From: Amoebidium appalachense
Taxonomy: Eukaryota > Protista > Ichthyosporea
DNA: 64,000 nt
Assembly: GCA_963693365.1 (NCBI GenBank)
Contig: CAVNZM010000014.1
Coordinates: forward strand, 1-64,000
Reading direction: 5' to 3'
Shown: positions 1 to 14,041 of the stretch, piece by piece
Layout of the letters: every line of letters begins with the position of its first letter
Numbering within the stretch: position 1 is the stretch's first letter
Notes under the pieces: model-generated
The model's input: the letters and a program-made list of their open reading frames with translations, nothing else
The model's database searches: none
Told to the model about the DNA's origin: nothing
Translations under genes and position numbers: made by a program

Positions 1-112
1 CCTCTGTGCACTCTGCTCCCTTAGAACCTGCACAAAACAACAAATACGTTCTTCTATCAAAGACTCAAGCAACCTTTCACAGTCCATATCAAGACCACCA
101 TCCCCGAAACAG

Positions 113-149
<37 letters not shown>

Positions 150-196
150 TGCCCGCCCCGCCCGCCCGTGCGTCAAAAAAAAAAAAAAAAAAAAAA

Positions 197-235
<39 letters not shown>

Positions 236-414
236 GACAAGTTACATAATTATTCAGAAGCTAAAAAAATTAGTTCAGCTGCAGGGACACGTGCACATGT
301 TTGGTCTATTCTGGGGCATCAAAATGGGAGACAGCCCCTCGTGTGCCTGAGTGGCTTCCTCGTTTTTTTTTTTAGCACGGCCACAAACTGAATAGCACTT
401 GCCTTGTCTAGACT

Positions 415-920
415 TTGTGCAAGCCTACTCTTTCCGCATGTGCACAGAGTTTCTGCATGCGCTCAGGGGTGGAATGGGGGTGGGTGGTGTGTGTGTGTGT
501 GTGGTGGTGGTGGTGGGGGGGGGGGGGGGGGGGGGGGGGGGGGAAGGGAGGAAGGGATTTGTGTCTGATTTGTAATCCCTTTCCGTGTGTGCACAAAGTT
601 TCTGCATGTGCCTTAGGTGGAAGGGGGGGTGGGTGGTGTGGGTGGGTGGGTTGGGGGGGGGGGGGGGGGGGGTTGGGAAGGGAGGGGGTGGAGGGGGGGG
701 GGAGGGGGGGAGGGGGTGAAGGGAGGGGAGGGGGGGGGGGGGGGATTTGTGTCTGATTTGTGATCTCTCTTTCCGTGTTTGCACAAAGTTTCTGCATGCG
801 CTCAGGGGTGGAATGGGGGGTGGGTGGTGTGTGTGGGCATGGGGTGGCATGTGTGTGTGGGGGGGGGGAGGGGGGGGGGGGGGGGGGAGGGGGGGAGGGG
901 GGGAGGGGGGGATTTGTCTG
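415..920. repeat. Degenerate tandem repeat, about 3 units of 150-190 bp separated by G tracts
   Basis: The core GCACA(G/A)AGTTTCTGCATG recurs at ~443, ~591 and ~781; GGATTTGTGTCTGATTTGT follows G runs at ~555 and ~743. Confidence 0.7.
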
Positions 921-2474
921 TACTTCTGTGTGCACATACGCGGTTGCGTGCCACGGTGTGCGTTTAAATTCGTGTGTGTGTGCGTGCCTGCATGCGTACC
1001 CATGGCGCTTACGTGATTGTGTGGGCGTAGCTGCGCCGTGTGTGTGTCATGCATTGAAATGTGCAGACGTGTGTGCGTGTGTGTGTGCATGCACACGTGG
1101 CAGTGTGCCACGGTGTGTGAGCGTGCGCTCGTGCGTGCGTGTGGGCGTGTGGGCGTGCGTGCGTGTGTGCTGTGCGTGCGTTGTGGTCGGAGGGCCGGGC
1201 TAAATTCAAAGGCAGGGCGGGGGGTGGGGAAGAGGGAGAGGCGGGGAAGGGGGGGGGGGGGGGGGGGAGGGGGGGGAGGGGGGGGGAGGGGGGGAGGGGG
1301 GGGGGGGTTGGATTGTATGCCAGCATATGATACAGGAGTTTTTGTAAACTATCGAGTCCTGTTTCTTGTGCGTCTACCCACCGGCGTGGCTGGGGTTGAT
1401 ACCCTGGGCAAAGTGTGTACATATAGTTAGGACTGTTATATAGGTGTGTTAGTTTAGCTAATAGCATCGTAGCACCCTAGCTAGAGTACTGTCGGTGCTG
1501 GGTGGAAGACGGTAGTTCCCCCTGAGGGCCCCTAGGGGCACCTCCGGGAACAAAACGAGATAAAATAATAAAAAACTGTTTCTTGTGCGTCGTGTAGAAT
1601 AATTATTATTGTACATGTGGATGTGGGTGGGTGTGGGCCACCAGCTCACATCAGCGTGTTTACGTTGATTAACTTGTCTATATGTACACTAACTAAAGTG
1701 CGCGCTTTCGATTTAGCTGGTTGTGCAGGTGCGTCTTTCGGTGCATCCGTGCACGTTTCTGTTTTCCGTGCCTTTCCTCGTGGGCCACGGGAAATATTAA
1801 ATATTAAATAAAGCAGGGCACTTGTCTTGATTGGAGTGCCCTACTACCCACCTGTACAAGTTGTGTGCCCTGTAACCCACCACCGCATTGCCTCTCGTCC
1901 CTCCTAGCCCCCAAACAGCTGTCTGTGCCGCCTTGCCAAGCTTGCCATGCTGAATTTCTATTAACAGTCCAAAAGTCTAGCAAGTCTCTCACAGACATAG
2001 GCCGTAAGTTCCCTGGGAGTCTCAGGACTTCGTCGAACTTTGGGCGTTTATGGATGATGTACCGGGACTCAGAGGTGGGCCACAGATCTATTTGAAACTA
2101 TTTGGCGAATCAGATTACTTCATGAATCGTCTGTCCAATGTACAACAGTTTCTTTTACCTATATATGGTTTATCTGATTCCGGCGGTTGCAGCCCTTGAA
2201 GCGCCGAACCGACTGTCTCGGAGTTCCTGGACAACGTTCAAGTTTTCAAAGGTCGCTTCACGGGTGACGTCTGCACGCAGCCGGCCTAATAATTAGTTAG
2301 TTCTTGCAAGGACAGGTCAGCGCATTTCCTTTTGGCTTAACGAGACTAGTATTTAAGCATTTATACAGCTCACAAACGTGGAGCACCAACAGTCATCTTT
2401 GCACCTCTTCACCTCCCATTCAAACGACTCCTCCCCCTTCCCATCTTCCAGCTCTCCCCCCCACCCCCTCCACC

Positions 2475-2710
2475 ATGGAGCGCATAGGCGAGGCCGTATC
2501 TGACCTGCGCTACCGGCTGACTGCGCCGCTGCGGTCCAACCCTGTCTACGTGCAGGTGGCCTACTACTGGGACGACCCAGAGCTGAGCGGCCTACTGGGG
2601 GCGTTTGTGGGCTGCCTGTTTGGTGTGGGCGTGTGTGTGGCTGCACTGACAAGGTGCATGCAAGGGGACAGGGTTGGAGGGGTGGCGTTGGTGGGTGGGT
2701 GGGTGGGGGT

Positions 2711-2742
<32 letters not shown>

Positions 2743-3099
2743 GGAGCTGGAATACACGCACTTAGCACACAAGCACACATACATGCCCATGCCCACACAC
2801 CTGGCATCGCCCACATACACACTTACAAAGCACATATGCACATACACACACACGTACACGTGCATGCACACGCGCACACACAAAACTGCCCTCACGCACT
2901 TAAACACACAGCAAAATACACCCCACGCACACACAAGTGCACACATGCATGCACACACGTTTACATGCGCACCACCACACACGCGCTGGCTTGCTGGCTA
3001 GCGAACATTCAAGTTGGTTGCACTCGCTTGACTTGTCAGACCCCATTGCTATGCCTGAGCTCCAACGGCCAAGGGAATCTTAGCCGACACACAAACTAG

Positions 3100-3187
<88 letters not shown>

Positions 3188-4302
3188 ACACTCCTATATC
3201 CGTGCCCAAGCATACACAAGAGAACCTGCTCCCAAGCACACACTCACACACCAAGCAGGCACGGCACACACACATAAGGGAGTGGGCAAGCGAAGCCGCG
3301 GGGTTTGGTGGAGTGAAGGGGTGGGCGGGGCGGGGCGGTGGCCGAGGGGAGGGGGTGGGGGGGGGGGGGGGAGGGGGAGGGGGGGGAGAGGATTTAACCG
3401 TGGTTAGGTAGCATACGAGTGGGCCATATCACAGACAGAGCGATATGTGGGTGGTCGAGGGGGTAGAGGGTTGTTTTGTGTGTTTGTGTATTTTGGGGGG
3501 GGGGGGGGGGGGAGGGGAGGGGGGGGGAAGGGGGGAGGAGGGGAGTAAGTATGTTGATATGCTGTTGGTAAGTGTGTTGGTATGTGAGCATGCTTGTATT
3601 CATGTGTGTGGGTGTGCTTGTATTCATGTATGTGGGTATGCTTGTATTCATGTATGTGGGTATGCTTGTATTCATGTATGTGGGTGTGCCTGTATTCATG
3701 TATGTGGGTGTGCCTGTATTCATGTAAGTGGGTGTGCCTGTATTCATGTATGTGGGTGTGCTTGTATTCATGTATGTGGGTATGCTTGTATTCATGTATT
3801 TGGGTGTGCCTGTATTCATGTCCGTGGGTATGCCTGTATTCATGTATGTGGGTGTGCCTGTATTCATGTATGTGGGTGTGCCTGTATTCATGTAAGTGGG
3901 TGTGCCTGTATTCATGTATGTGGGTGTGCTTGTATTCGTGTATGTGGGTGTGCCTGTATTCGTGTCTGTGGGTATGCCTGTACGTATACTCACATGAGAC
4001 AGCCAGCCCCTGCACCTCATTATGTGTTCACTCGTTGTCTGCAAATGTGCGTACACGTGTGCTGGTGGGTGAGGCTGTGTGTGACTGTTGCACTTTACGT
4101 TATTCACGTGCTCATGTTTGTGTGCACCTGCCCCCCCCCAGCTGGACGTGGTTTGGGCTGTATCTTGCCCTCCTAGCCTGCTTCCACTTCCTCGAATTCT
4201 TTATGACGGCCCTCTTCCACCGTGACAAACTCTCCTACAGCTGTAGGCATATCCCCCCTACCCCCCATGCATTTCTACTTGTCATCACTTCTTGACCTGG
4301 CT

Positions 4303-4333
<31 letters not shown>

Positions 4334-4766
4334 TCCCCCCCCCCCTTCCCCACCTTCCTCCCCGTCCTCCCTCCCCTCCCCCTCCCCCCAATGTCTTGTA
4401 TTATTTACGCTATCACACATGTATGTCAAAGTACTCGATGCACTTACCACAGAGGCTCGTCGGTTTGCTGCCGTTGAACCCCTCTTCCTGTGCACCCCCC
4501 TCCCCCCCTCTCCCCCCCCCCCCCCTCCCCCTCCCTCTCTCTCCTCTTGAGATCATAGGGCTAGCCCCCCCCCCCCCCCCCCCCCCTCCCTCCTCCTTTT
4601 CTTTAATTAAATGCAAGAAAGCAAAGACACCCGCTCCCTCATCAATCTTATAGAAAATCGGAGCTAACCCCCCCCCTCTCCCCCCCCCCCCCCCCACCAC
4701 CACCACCACCACCACCACCGCGCACACACACACGCACAAAAAAAAAAAAAAAAACATAGGAGCTAC

Positions 4767-4797
<31 letters not shown>

Positions 4798-5306
4798 AAA
4801 AAAAAAAAAAAAAAACCAGGAACATATAAACTACCCCCCGCCCCCCTTCCCCCCAAGAACATAGGGGTTATCCCCCCGCCCCCCTCCCCCCTGGAACATA
4901 GAAGTTGATTCACCCCCCTAACCATGGCATCTAACCCCCCCCCCCCCCCCCTGCAGCGTACCTGCTGGACCACAGTGACGAGTACCATGCAGCCATGGGC
5001 CTGGCCCTGATGGAGTACCTGGCCGAGTGCCTGCTGTGGCCTAGCGCAAAGGACCAGGCGTGGCTGCCGGCACTGGGTGGGTCATGCACGTGCACTGTGC
5101 TAGGCGCATGGTGGTGGCAGTTAGAGGGCATGTGTGGTTGACTGATTGCATTTGGAAGAGTTGGACTGCTTGTATGATGTGTGTAACATGGGGGGGGGGG
5201 GAAGGGAAGAGGCTGGAGGCAGTCAGATGGTCACGAGATAGAAGCACACTGCGATGTGTTCAGCAGTAGCCTCTTCCCTAACCCCCCTCCCCTTCCCCCG
5301 CCCCCC

Positions 5307-5355
<49 letters not shown>

Positions 5356-5384
5356 ACACACACACTCACACTCACACTCACACT

Positions 5385-5443
<59 letters not shown>

Positions 5444-5995
5444 GCGCGCGTACAGGGTTCGTTATTGCCGTTGCCGGGCAGGGTGTGCGCACGGTGGCCA
5501 TGTACACGGCTGGGCGGCACTTTACGCATCTGGTCAGAGAGAAGAGAGTCAGCGACCATGAGCTGGTCACCACCGGCATATACAGGTGGGTACTTATACG
5601 GGCAGGGCATATACAGGTGGGTACTTATACGGGCAGGGGGAATAGACAGGTGGATACTTATACGGGCAGGGGGAATATACAGGTGGATACTTATACGGGC
5701 AGGAGGATATACAGGTGGGTACTTATACGGGTAGGGGGCATATAGGGGTGGGGCCTTATCCGGGGAGAGGGCATATACAGGTGGCAGCATATACGGGCGG
5801 GAGGCTTTTTCAGGTGGGGGGGCATATACGTGTCGGGGCATATGCTGGTGGGGGGGCATATACGTGTGGGGGCATATATGGGTGGGCTGAGATGGGCGGG
5901 AGCTTATAATGGTGGGAGTTTATATAGGCAGAGACATATAAAGGTGGAACCTTGTATGAACGGGCATATATAGGTGGGGCGCACATACCAGTGGG

Positions 5996-6043
<48 letters not shown>

Positions 6044-8462
6044 GGGGGAGGGGGGGGGGGGGGGGGGGGGGGGGGACGGGTTAGGGCAAATTGGGGTGGG
6101 AGCACATACGGGTAGGGCCCGGGTACGCTGTTAGGCACGCTGCATATGGCTGCAGAGCAAACAGACATACATGTGGGTTGGGCTAGGACCACGGCACAGG
6201 CAGCCACACAGGCACACAGGCACACATGCGCGCAGCAGCAGCCACACGGCCACACAGGCACACATACATGCACCTAGCAGTAGCCGCAGAGGTAGGAAGG
6301 CACGCAGGCACAACGGCACGTATCAGCAGCCACGCAAGCTCACAGGCACACATGCCACAGGCACGTACCAACACACATGCACGTAGCATAAGGCACACGT
6401 CCACGTAGCAGCAGCCACACAGGCACACAGGCACGCAATAACACACATGCACGTAACAGTAGCCATACATGCACACAGGCACACACACTCGTAGCAGTAG
6501 GCACACACATGGCTGTGTGGCTGACGTGCCTGCATGTGTTTAGGTGCCAAGCAGCAGCCACACAGGCACACATGCACACATGCATGTAGCAGCAGCCACA
6601 CAGGTGCACAGACATATAGCAGCAGTCACACAGGCACACATGCACACATACACGTAGCAGCAGCCACACAGGTGCACAGACACATAGCAGCAGCCACACA
6701 GGCACACAGGCACATAGGGGCAGCCACACAGGCACTTAGGGGCAGCCACACAGGCACACAGGCACGACAGGAGCAGCCACACGGGCACGCAGGCACATGG
6801 CAGCAGCCACACAGGCACACAGGCACAATGTTACACGTGTACACAAGCACACAAGCACACAGGCAGCCAGCAGGCACACATGCACACAGCCATACAGCCA
6901 CAGACACCGTGTGGTAAAGAGGGCACACTGCCTCTCATGCCCACACAGCCAGGGACTCAAGGCTTGTTTTTGTACAAACAGCAACACATGCTACCAACCA
7001 CACATGCATACAGCCACACATGCACACAGCCACACATGCATACAGCCACACAGCCACACATGCATACAGCCCACGCCCACACACATCCACAGAGCTCACA
7101 CATGAACACATGCACATAGCCCACACACACACACATGCACACAGCCATACGTGCACACATGCACATAGCCCACACATGCACACATGCACACATGCACACA
7201 TATGCACACATGCACACATGCACACATGCACACATGCACATAGCACACATGCACACATGCACACATGCACACATGCACATAGCCCACACATGCACACATG
7301 CACACAGCCACACATGCACACATGCGCATAGCCCACACATGCACACAGCCACACAGCCACACAGCCCTGCATGCATACGGGCACGCAGGCTAACATGCAG
7401 GCTACACTTACACATGAAGCCGGCTTGGGCAACTAGCAGCCACCACATGTGTGCAGGCACACAAACATGTGAGGCACACATGCCCCCATGCACACATGCA
7501 CACACTCTTTACAGGCAGACCATCAGCCACACAGGCACACACACGTACGTGCACACAGGGATCTAGCAACCACACTGGCACACTGGCAGGCTGACGGCTA
7601 CACATGCAGACATGCACGGCCGCACACAGGCCACCAGGCACGCTAGCACCCAGAAATGTACACAGGCAGGCTAGCAGCCACATATGCACACGGGCAGGCT
7701 GGCAGCCATACAGGCACGCAGGCAGGCTGGAGCCCACACGTGCACACAGACGGAGTAGCAGTCACCGTGTACACATGTGTACGGGCACACAGTAAGGCTA
7801 GCTGGCAGCCGCATAGGCACACATGTAGGATGGCAGGCACACATGCGCACCTGCACACGCGGCACAGGTAGGCTAGTGTACAGCCACACACACATGCAGG
7901 CTATTAGCCACAGTTTCAAGTATACAAGGGGCATAGGCCCAGACAGTCACGTACTCGGAGCATAGGGCCGTGCATACGCAGACAGGCACACATGCAACTG
8001 TGGGCTAGAACACATGCATGCCACATGCCTCGTGCACACATACAGCCACCTGGCCTGGAGCTAGACAGGCACACACAGACGGTGGTAGCAGGCACACAGG
8101 CGCACACAGGCACTCAGACAGCCGACACCGGCACACAGGTCTGCAGGCACAGCACCCGCACATATATGCGCACAGGCACCCAGGCACACACGTCACGTGG
8201 CAGGCCTGTGCATGCAGGCACCCAGGCAGATACAGGCAGACACATGCACCTAAGTGGGCACCATGCTCCAATCATGGGCCCATGCACAGCATCATGCAGC
8301 ACTGGGCTGGCATGGGAGGTGTCCTGGGGGCCCAGTGGGGTCTGGCGTTGGTTATTGGGGGAGGGGGGGGGGGGGGGGGGGGGGGGGAGGGGGGGGGGAT
8401 CGGCCCATACAAATTTATGAGAACTTAATTCACGCACTTCGAGTCTCGCTATGGGCCGGACA

Positions 8463-8529
<67 letters not shown>

Positions 8530-9685
8530 TTACCCGACACCCGTGCACATTTTTACAAGGCATATTTACCCCTACCTATGCATGTGTCCACCCCTACCCA
8601 TACTCCTGTGTGCACATACACACGAGGGGGTTTGGTTGTCCATGCATACACGTGTGTTGCAATATGCTGGTGTGCATGACTGGGTGGGTTGGTGTGCATG
8701 ACTGGGTGGGTTGGTGTGCATGACTGGGTGGGTTGGTGTGCATGACTGGGTGGGTTGGTGTGCATGACTGGGTGGGTTGGTGTGCATGACTGGGTGGGTT
8801 GGTGTGCATGACTGGGTGGGTTGGTGTGCATGACTGGGTGGGTTGGTGTGCATGACTGGGTGGGTTGGTGTGCATGACTGGGTGGGTTGGTGTGCTTGAC
8901 TGGGTGGGTTGGTGTGCTTGACTGGGTGGGTTGGCGTGCTTGACTGGGTGGGTTGGCGTGCTTGACTGGGTGGGTTGGCGTGCTTGACTGGGTGGGTTGG
9001 CGTGCTTGACTGGGTGGGTTGGCGTGCTTGACTGGGTGGGTTGGCGTGCTTGACTGGGTGGGTTGGCGTGCTTGACTGGGTGGGTTGGCGTGCTTGACTG
9101 GGTGGGTTGGCGTGCTTGACTGGGTGGGTTGGCGTGCTTGACTGGGTGGGTTGGCGTGCTTGACTGGGTGGGTTGGCGTGCTTGACTGGGTGGGTTGGCG
9201 TGCTTGACTGGGTGGGTTGGCGTGCTTGACTGGGTGGGTTGGCGTCTGATGTGCTTGACTGGGTGGGTTGGCGTGCTTGACTGGGTGGGTTGGCGTCTGA
9301 TGTGCTTGACTGGGTGGGTTGGCGTCTGACTGGGTGGGTTGGCGTGCTTGACTGGGTGGGTTGGCGTGCTTGACTGGGTGGGTTGGCGTGCTTGACTGGG
9401 TGGGTTGGCGTGCTTGACTGGGTGGGTTGGCGTGCTTGACTGGGTGGGTTGGCGTGCTTGACTGGGTGGGTAATGTGTACCAATGACTGACACATCTTGG
9501 TCACAGCGTCAGCAGGCACCCCGGCTACATGGGCTGGTTCTGGTTTGTGGTCGGCACCCAGATCATGCTCTGCAACCCCATCGTACGTGGCTCCCCCCCC
9601 CCCTCCCCCCTCCCCTCCCCTCCCCCCCCCCCCCCCCTCTCCCCCCTCTCTCTCTCCCCCCCCTCCCCCCCCCCCTCCCCCTCCC

Positions 9686-9716
<31 letters not shown>

Positions 9717-11090
9717 AAACAACTTTGATCTTTTACCTATCTCTCTCTCCCCATCTTTGAATCCCACTTAATCCCATCCTATTGTGTTCCTCCCATCACC
9801 CTCTCTTTAAGTCCCCATCCCACCTTAAAGCTCCACCGTTTTATGCCTGCAGGTGCCTTCATGCCCTTTCCCTTTGCCCCTGACATCGAATACTGATCCC
9901 CTATACTTCCCAGTACTCCCCCCCACCCCTCCCCCCTCTCCTTGTCACGTCTCTCTTCCCTTGCCCCGTCCGCCCTTCCCTCCCCCATCGCTCTTCCCAC
10001 CTCCCCTTGCCTCGTGCTCCTCTCTTCTGCCCCTCCCCCCCCCCCCCCCCCCCCCCCCCCCTTTGCCCCGTCCCCCTTTCCCCTCCCCACCCCCTCCTTT
10101 TGCCCCGTTCCCCTCCTTTTCACTCTTCCGCCTCCTTGCCTACCCCCCTCTCCCCGGTCCTCCCCCCTGTCCCCCCTGGCCACGTCCCCCCTTCCCTGCC
10201 CCATCACCCCCCCCCCCCCCCCCCCCCTCGCCCCGTCCCTCTTTCTCCTCCTAGTCCCCGTTCCCCTCCCACGCCCCCTTCCCCCCCTTGCCTCCCCCTC
10301 CCCCTCCCCCCCCCCCCCCCCCCCCCCCCCCGTCGTCCCCCCGCCCCGCCGCCCCCTCTCCTCTCCCTTCTTCCCCCCCCCCCCCCCCCATTGAACTGTC
10401 CCCCTCCCCTTCCCCCTTCCCCCACCTTGCCACATCCTTCTCCCTCCCCTCCCCTCCCCCCTGCCCCGCCACACCCTCCTCTCCTCACCCATTCCCTTCC
10501 CTTGCACTGTCCCATTCCCCTTCCCACGTTTCTCCCCTTGCCCGGGCCCCGACCCCTTCTCCTATTTCTCACCCCCCCTTTGTCCCTCTGCCCCGTCCCC
10601 CCTCCTCCTCGCCTTCCCCCCCCCCCCCCCTCCCCTAGGGTATCCCACCATGGCCCTAGCCTACATCTGCAGCCTTGCGTTCTTTGTGGATGTGTTTGAT
10701 TTTTACGAGGTAGAGTAGATGCTGGTGCACATGCATCATGCTGTGTGGTGTATGTCATTCCTTGGAGTGTATTTGTTGAAGTATGTGTGCAAAAACAGAT
10801 GGTGCATCCGGGCAATGCCTTATATACACAGGCGCATGTACACGGACACACACACATACACACATACATGCACATGCATACACAACCCCTCTCTCCTCAC
10901 CTCCCCCCGGCCCCCCCACCCCCCCTCTGTGCTCTGTAAAGCTGGACAGAAAAGTAATTTCGACACCTGCCTTCCCACAGGCACACACACACCCTTCCCC
11001 TACCTGCACACACACATACACACACACACACAGACACACACACGCACATGCACACACACTCACTCACACACACACACACACGCACGCGCG

Positions 11091-11133
<43 letters not shown>

Positions 11134-11287
11134 GCACACACAGACCACGGCACTGTTTGCCTATGCGGCCTGGCGCTTCTTTGTGGATCGGATAGCCCAC
11201 GAGGAGGCCAAGCTGGTGGAGTTCTTTGGGGATGCATACCTGAGCTTCCGCAAGAATGTGCCCACAGGCATACCGTTCATTCCATAG
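2475..11287 (+). CDS. ICMT: Isoprenylcysteine carboxyl methyltransferase (ICMT/STE14), 6 exons, 249 aa
   Basis: Exons 2475-2653, 4142-4242, 4957-5076, 5456-5585, 9507-9582, 11144-11287. All GT-AG, phases match, total 750 nt. Motifs [56 protein letters not shown] and [13 protein letters not shown]...VPTGIPFI are colinear with eukaryotic ICMT. Confidence 0.95.
3590..3985. repeat. 24-bp minisatellite, about 16 copies, in ICMT intron 1
   Basis: Unit TGTATTCATGTATGTGGGTGTGCC and variants; produces the 8-aa periodic spurious ORFs. Confidence 0.9.
5575..5830 (+). repeat. 31-33-bp tandem repeat built from the ICMT exon 4/intron 4 junction
   Basis: GGCATATACAG/GTGGGTACTTATACGGGCAGG appears in 5 good copies plus decaying copies; each contains CAG/GTGG. 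Confidence 0.85.
6190..8240. repeat. Degenerate CA/GCA-rich repeat array in ICMT intron 4
   Basis: Recurrent GCAGCAGCCACACAGGCACAC and (TGCACACA)n units. Confidence 0.8.
8666..9470. repeat. 22-bp G-rich minisatellite, about 36 copies
   Basis: Unit TGACTGGGTGGGTTGG(T/C)GTGC(A/T); ends ~35 bp before the ICMT exon 5 acceptor. Confidence 0.95.
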
Positions 11288-11365
11288 TCTTCTTAGACCA
11301 CATGCCAAGCAGATGAATATGTTCTGTCGTAGTCCTACCTACAGGGTTGCTTGTCCCGTGGGGCA

Positions 11366-11404
<39 letters not shown>

Positions 11405-11875
11405 TAATTCTGAATGCTACAAATCAACGAAAGTTAAATCCCGTATGGGTTATACCAGTACATTGTTAGCAGGACCTTTTTTGACTACTCCTTTTTCTTG
11501 TTTGTTTTTTATTGTGTGGAAGGAAGAGAGAGGGGGGGAAGGGGGGGGAGGGGGAGGGGGGGGGGGGGGATTCCGTAATAAAAAGCACGAATGTCCTGCT
11601 TTGTGCATAAGAGAACACGACTGGCTCTTCAAACGCTAATCTGGTGCCGTGTCGGCTAGTAATAAACCACACATGGTGTATTTCACGAAGTCTGGCGTGT
11701 AAGTGTCACTGAGAATTTGGGGGTGGCTGTGTGCATGTGCCCAGGGTCGGAGGCATGGAGAACTACTTTCCCCCCCTCCGTCCCACCTTTCCCCCAACCA
11801 AGTACCCCTCTTCCCCCCCCCTCCCCCCTCCCCCCCCCCCCCCCCAAAAAAAAAAAAAAAAAAAAAAGGTAACTC

Positions 11876-11930
<55 letters not shown>

Positions 11931-12274
11931 GAACACACGCGCGCACACACTTGGTACCCCCCCCCCCCCCCCTCTCCCCCCTCCACCTCGGCCCTTAACC
12001 CACCCACCCACCCACTCACCAAAGCACATACATGTGTGTGCCCATGCGCGCGCACACACACAAACTCATACACACACTCGCACACACCTGGTAGGACCAC
12101 CCCCCCCTCCCCCCCCCCCCCCCCCCCCCCCCCTTCCCCCCCCTGCCCATCCAACCCCCATCCACCCACCCACACAAATGTGTCCACTCTTGCGTGTGTG
12201 CGCACGCACAAACACATGCACAGTGCCACGCACTTGCACGCACCCGGTAGGACCCCCTCCCCCCCCTCCCCCCC

Positions 12275-12305
<31 letters not shown>

Positions 12306-12449
12306 AAGAAAAGAAAAGGAAAGGAAAAAGAAAAAATACACACACACACTCACACACACACCGTTGCACACATACACACACCACAACGACCACACCACTA
12401 CCACCACCACCACACAACCAACCCCTCTCCCTCTCCCCCAACACACACG

Positions 12450-12488
<39 letters not shown>

Positions 12489-13175
12489 TATACTGGTTGC
12501 AAGAACCTGGTTTGCAATTAAAGGGAAGGAGACAGCCGTGAGGAGAGCGGATCCTTGGAGAGAGAGAGGAGGGGGGCGGGAAGGGGGGGGGGGGGGGGGG
12601 GGGGATAGGTATACATGCCCACGCACTGAGCCTTGTGCATGTGGCCGAGTGCGGGCTTGCAGACAGGCAGACTGCATGCATGATTCGTGCTAGTGTGGTG
12701 CTTTGCATGTGAGCAGATGGCATGGGGGAAAGGACATCATGTGGAGGTGGCAGCATGTGTACACGTGTGCGTGTGTGTGGGTGTGTGTGCCCGTATCCGT
12801 GAAGTGTTTGCACGTGTGTGTATGCAAGCACGTGTGTGTGAGTGTGGGTGTGTGTGGCGCGTGTGTGTGGTTGTGTGGGTGTGTACATGTGTGATTGTGC
12901 CGTGTGTGTGTGTGTGTGTGCTTCCTTTTTGTGTTTGTGCATGTGTCTGTCTGTGTGTGTGTGTGTGTGTGTGTGCATGTGTGTGTCCGTGTGCGTGAAG
13001 TGTGTGCACGTGTGTGCGTGCATAGGCACACACACGGGAATGTCTGCAAGGGGTTTGAGCACGTGGGCATGTACATGTGCTTGTGTGCGCATTTGTGTGT
13101 GCAAGTTTTTACGTGGGAATGTGTGTGCATGCACTGTGCGTGTGTGTGTGCGGGTGTAAGTGTGGTGTACCTTTT

Positions 13176-13329
<154 letters not shown>

Positions 13330-13690
13330 GGGTTTCTTTTCCGAGTCCATCAGTTTCAAAAAAATTATTCACATTCTTTTCTGGTTGTTGGGTGGAGCGG
13401 CAAGTCAACCGCACTATATACAAACTTCGGTTCAAACTCTAAATTTACACATTTCCGTGAACACAACTATTTTCATCATTGACAACACTCTAGGCTCAGA
13501 CTAAGCACATATCTACTACTGTGCACATAAACACTGTTTTTATCTCCCATTGTGCACACAACGTAGTACAGTTGTTACTGTTTGTGCACGTACCATCATG
13601 CGCCAATAATAGGTACATGCACTAATTATAGGGACATGGTATCCACTTAATTCAGTGCACACACCCACTGCCACCACGCACTAACATAGC

Positions 13691-14005
13691 TCACTGCCAG
13701 GCACACAGGGCCTTGTAGACCTCAGGGCACCCAGTGCTAGCACACCAGGCATCTGTGGCCGGGGCCTTAATGCTCTTGCACTGTTTGGCTGTGGCTCCAC
13801 TCAGGCTGTAGGTGCAGGCGGGCGCCGGGCAGCCGTTGGCCTGGCACCACTGGTTGCTGATGCGGTTGACCTGCGAGCTCACACACGTGCCCACAAGCTC
13901 TGTGGGGTGTAGGTGCGATTAGTTGTCTGGGCAACATACAGTAGAGGGCAGGGGGGGAAGGTGGGGGTGGGGGGAGGGAGGGAGGGGGAAGGGGGAGAGG
14001 AAGGG

Positions 14006-14041
<36 letters not shown>

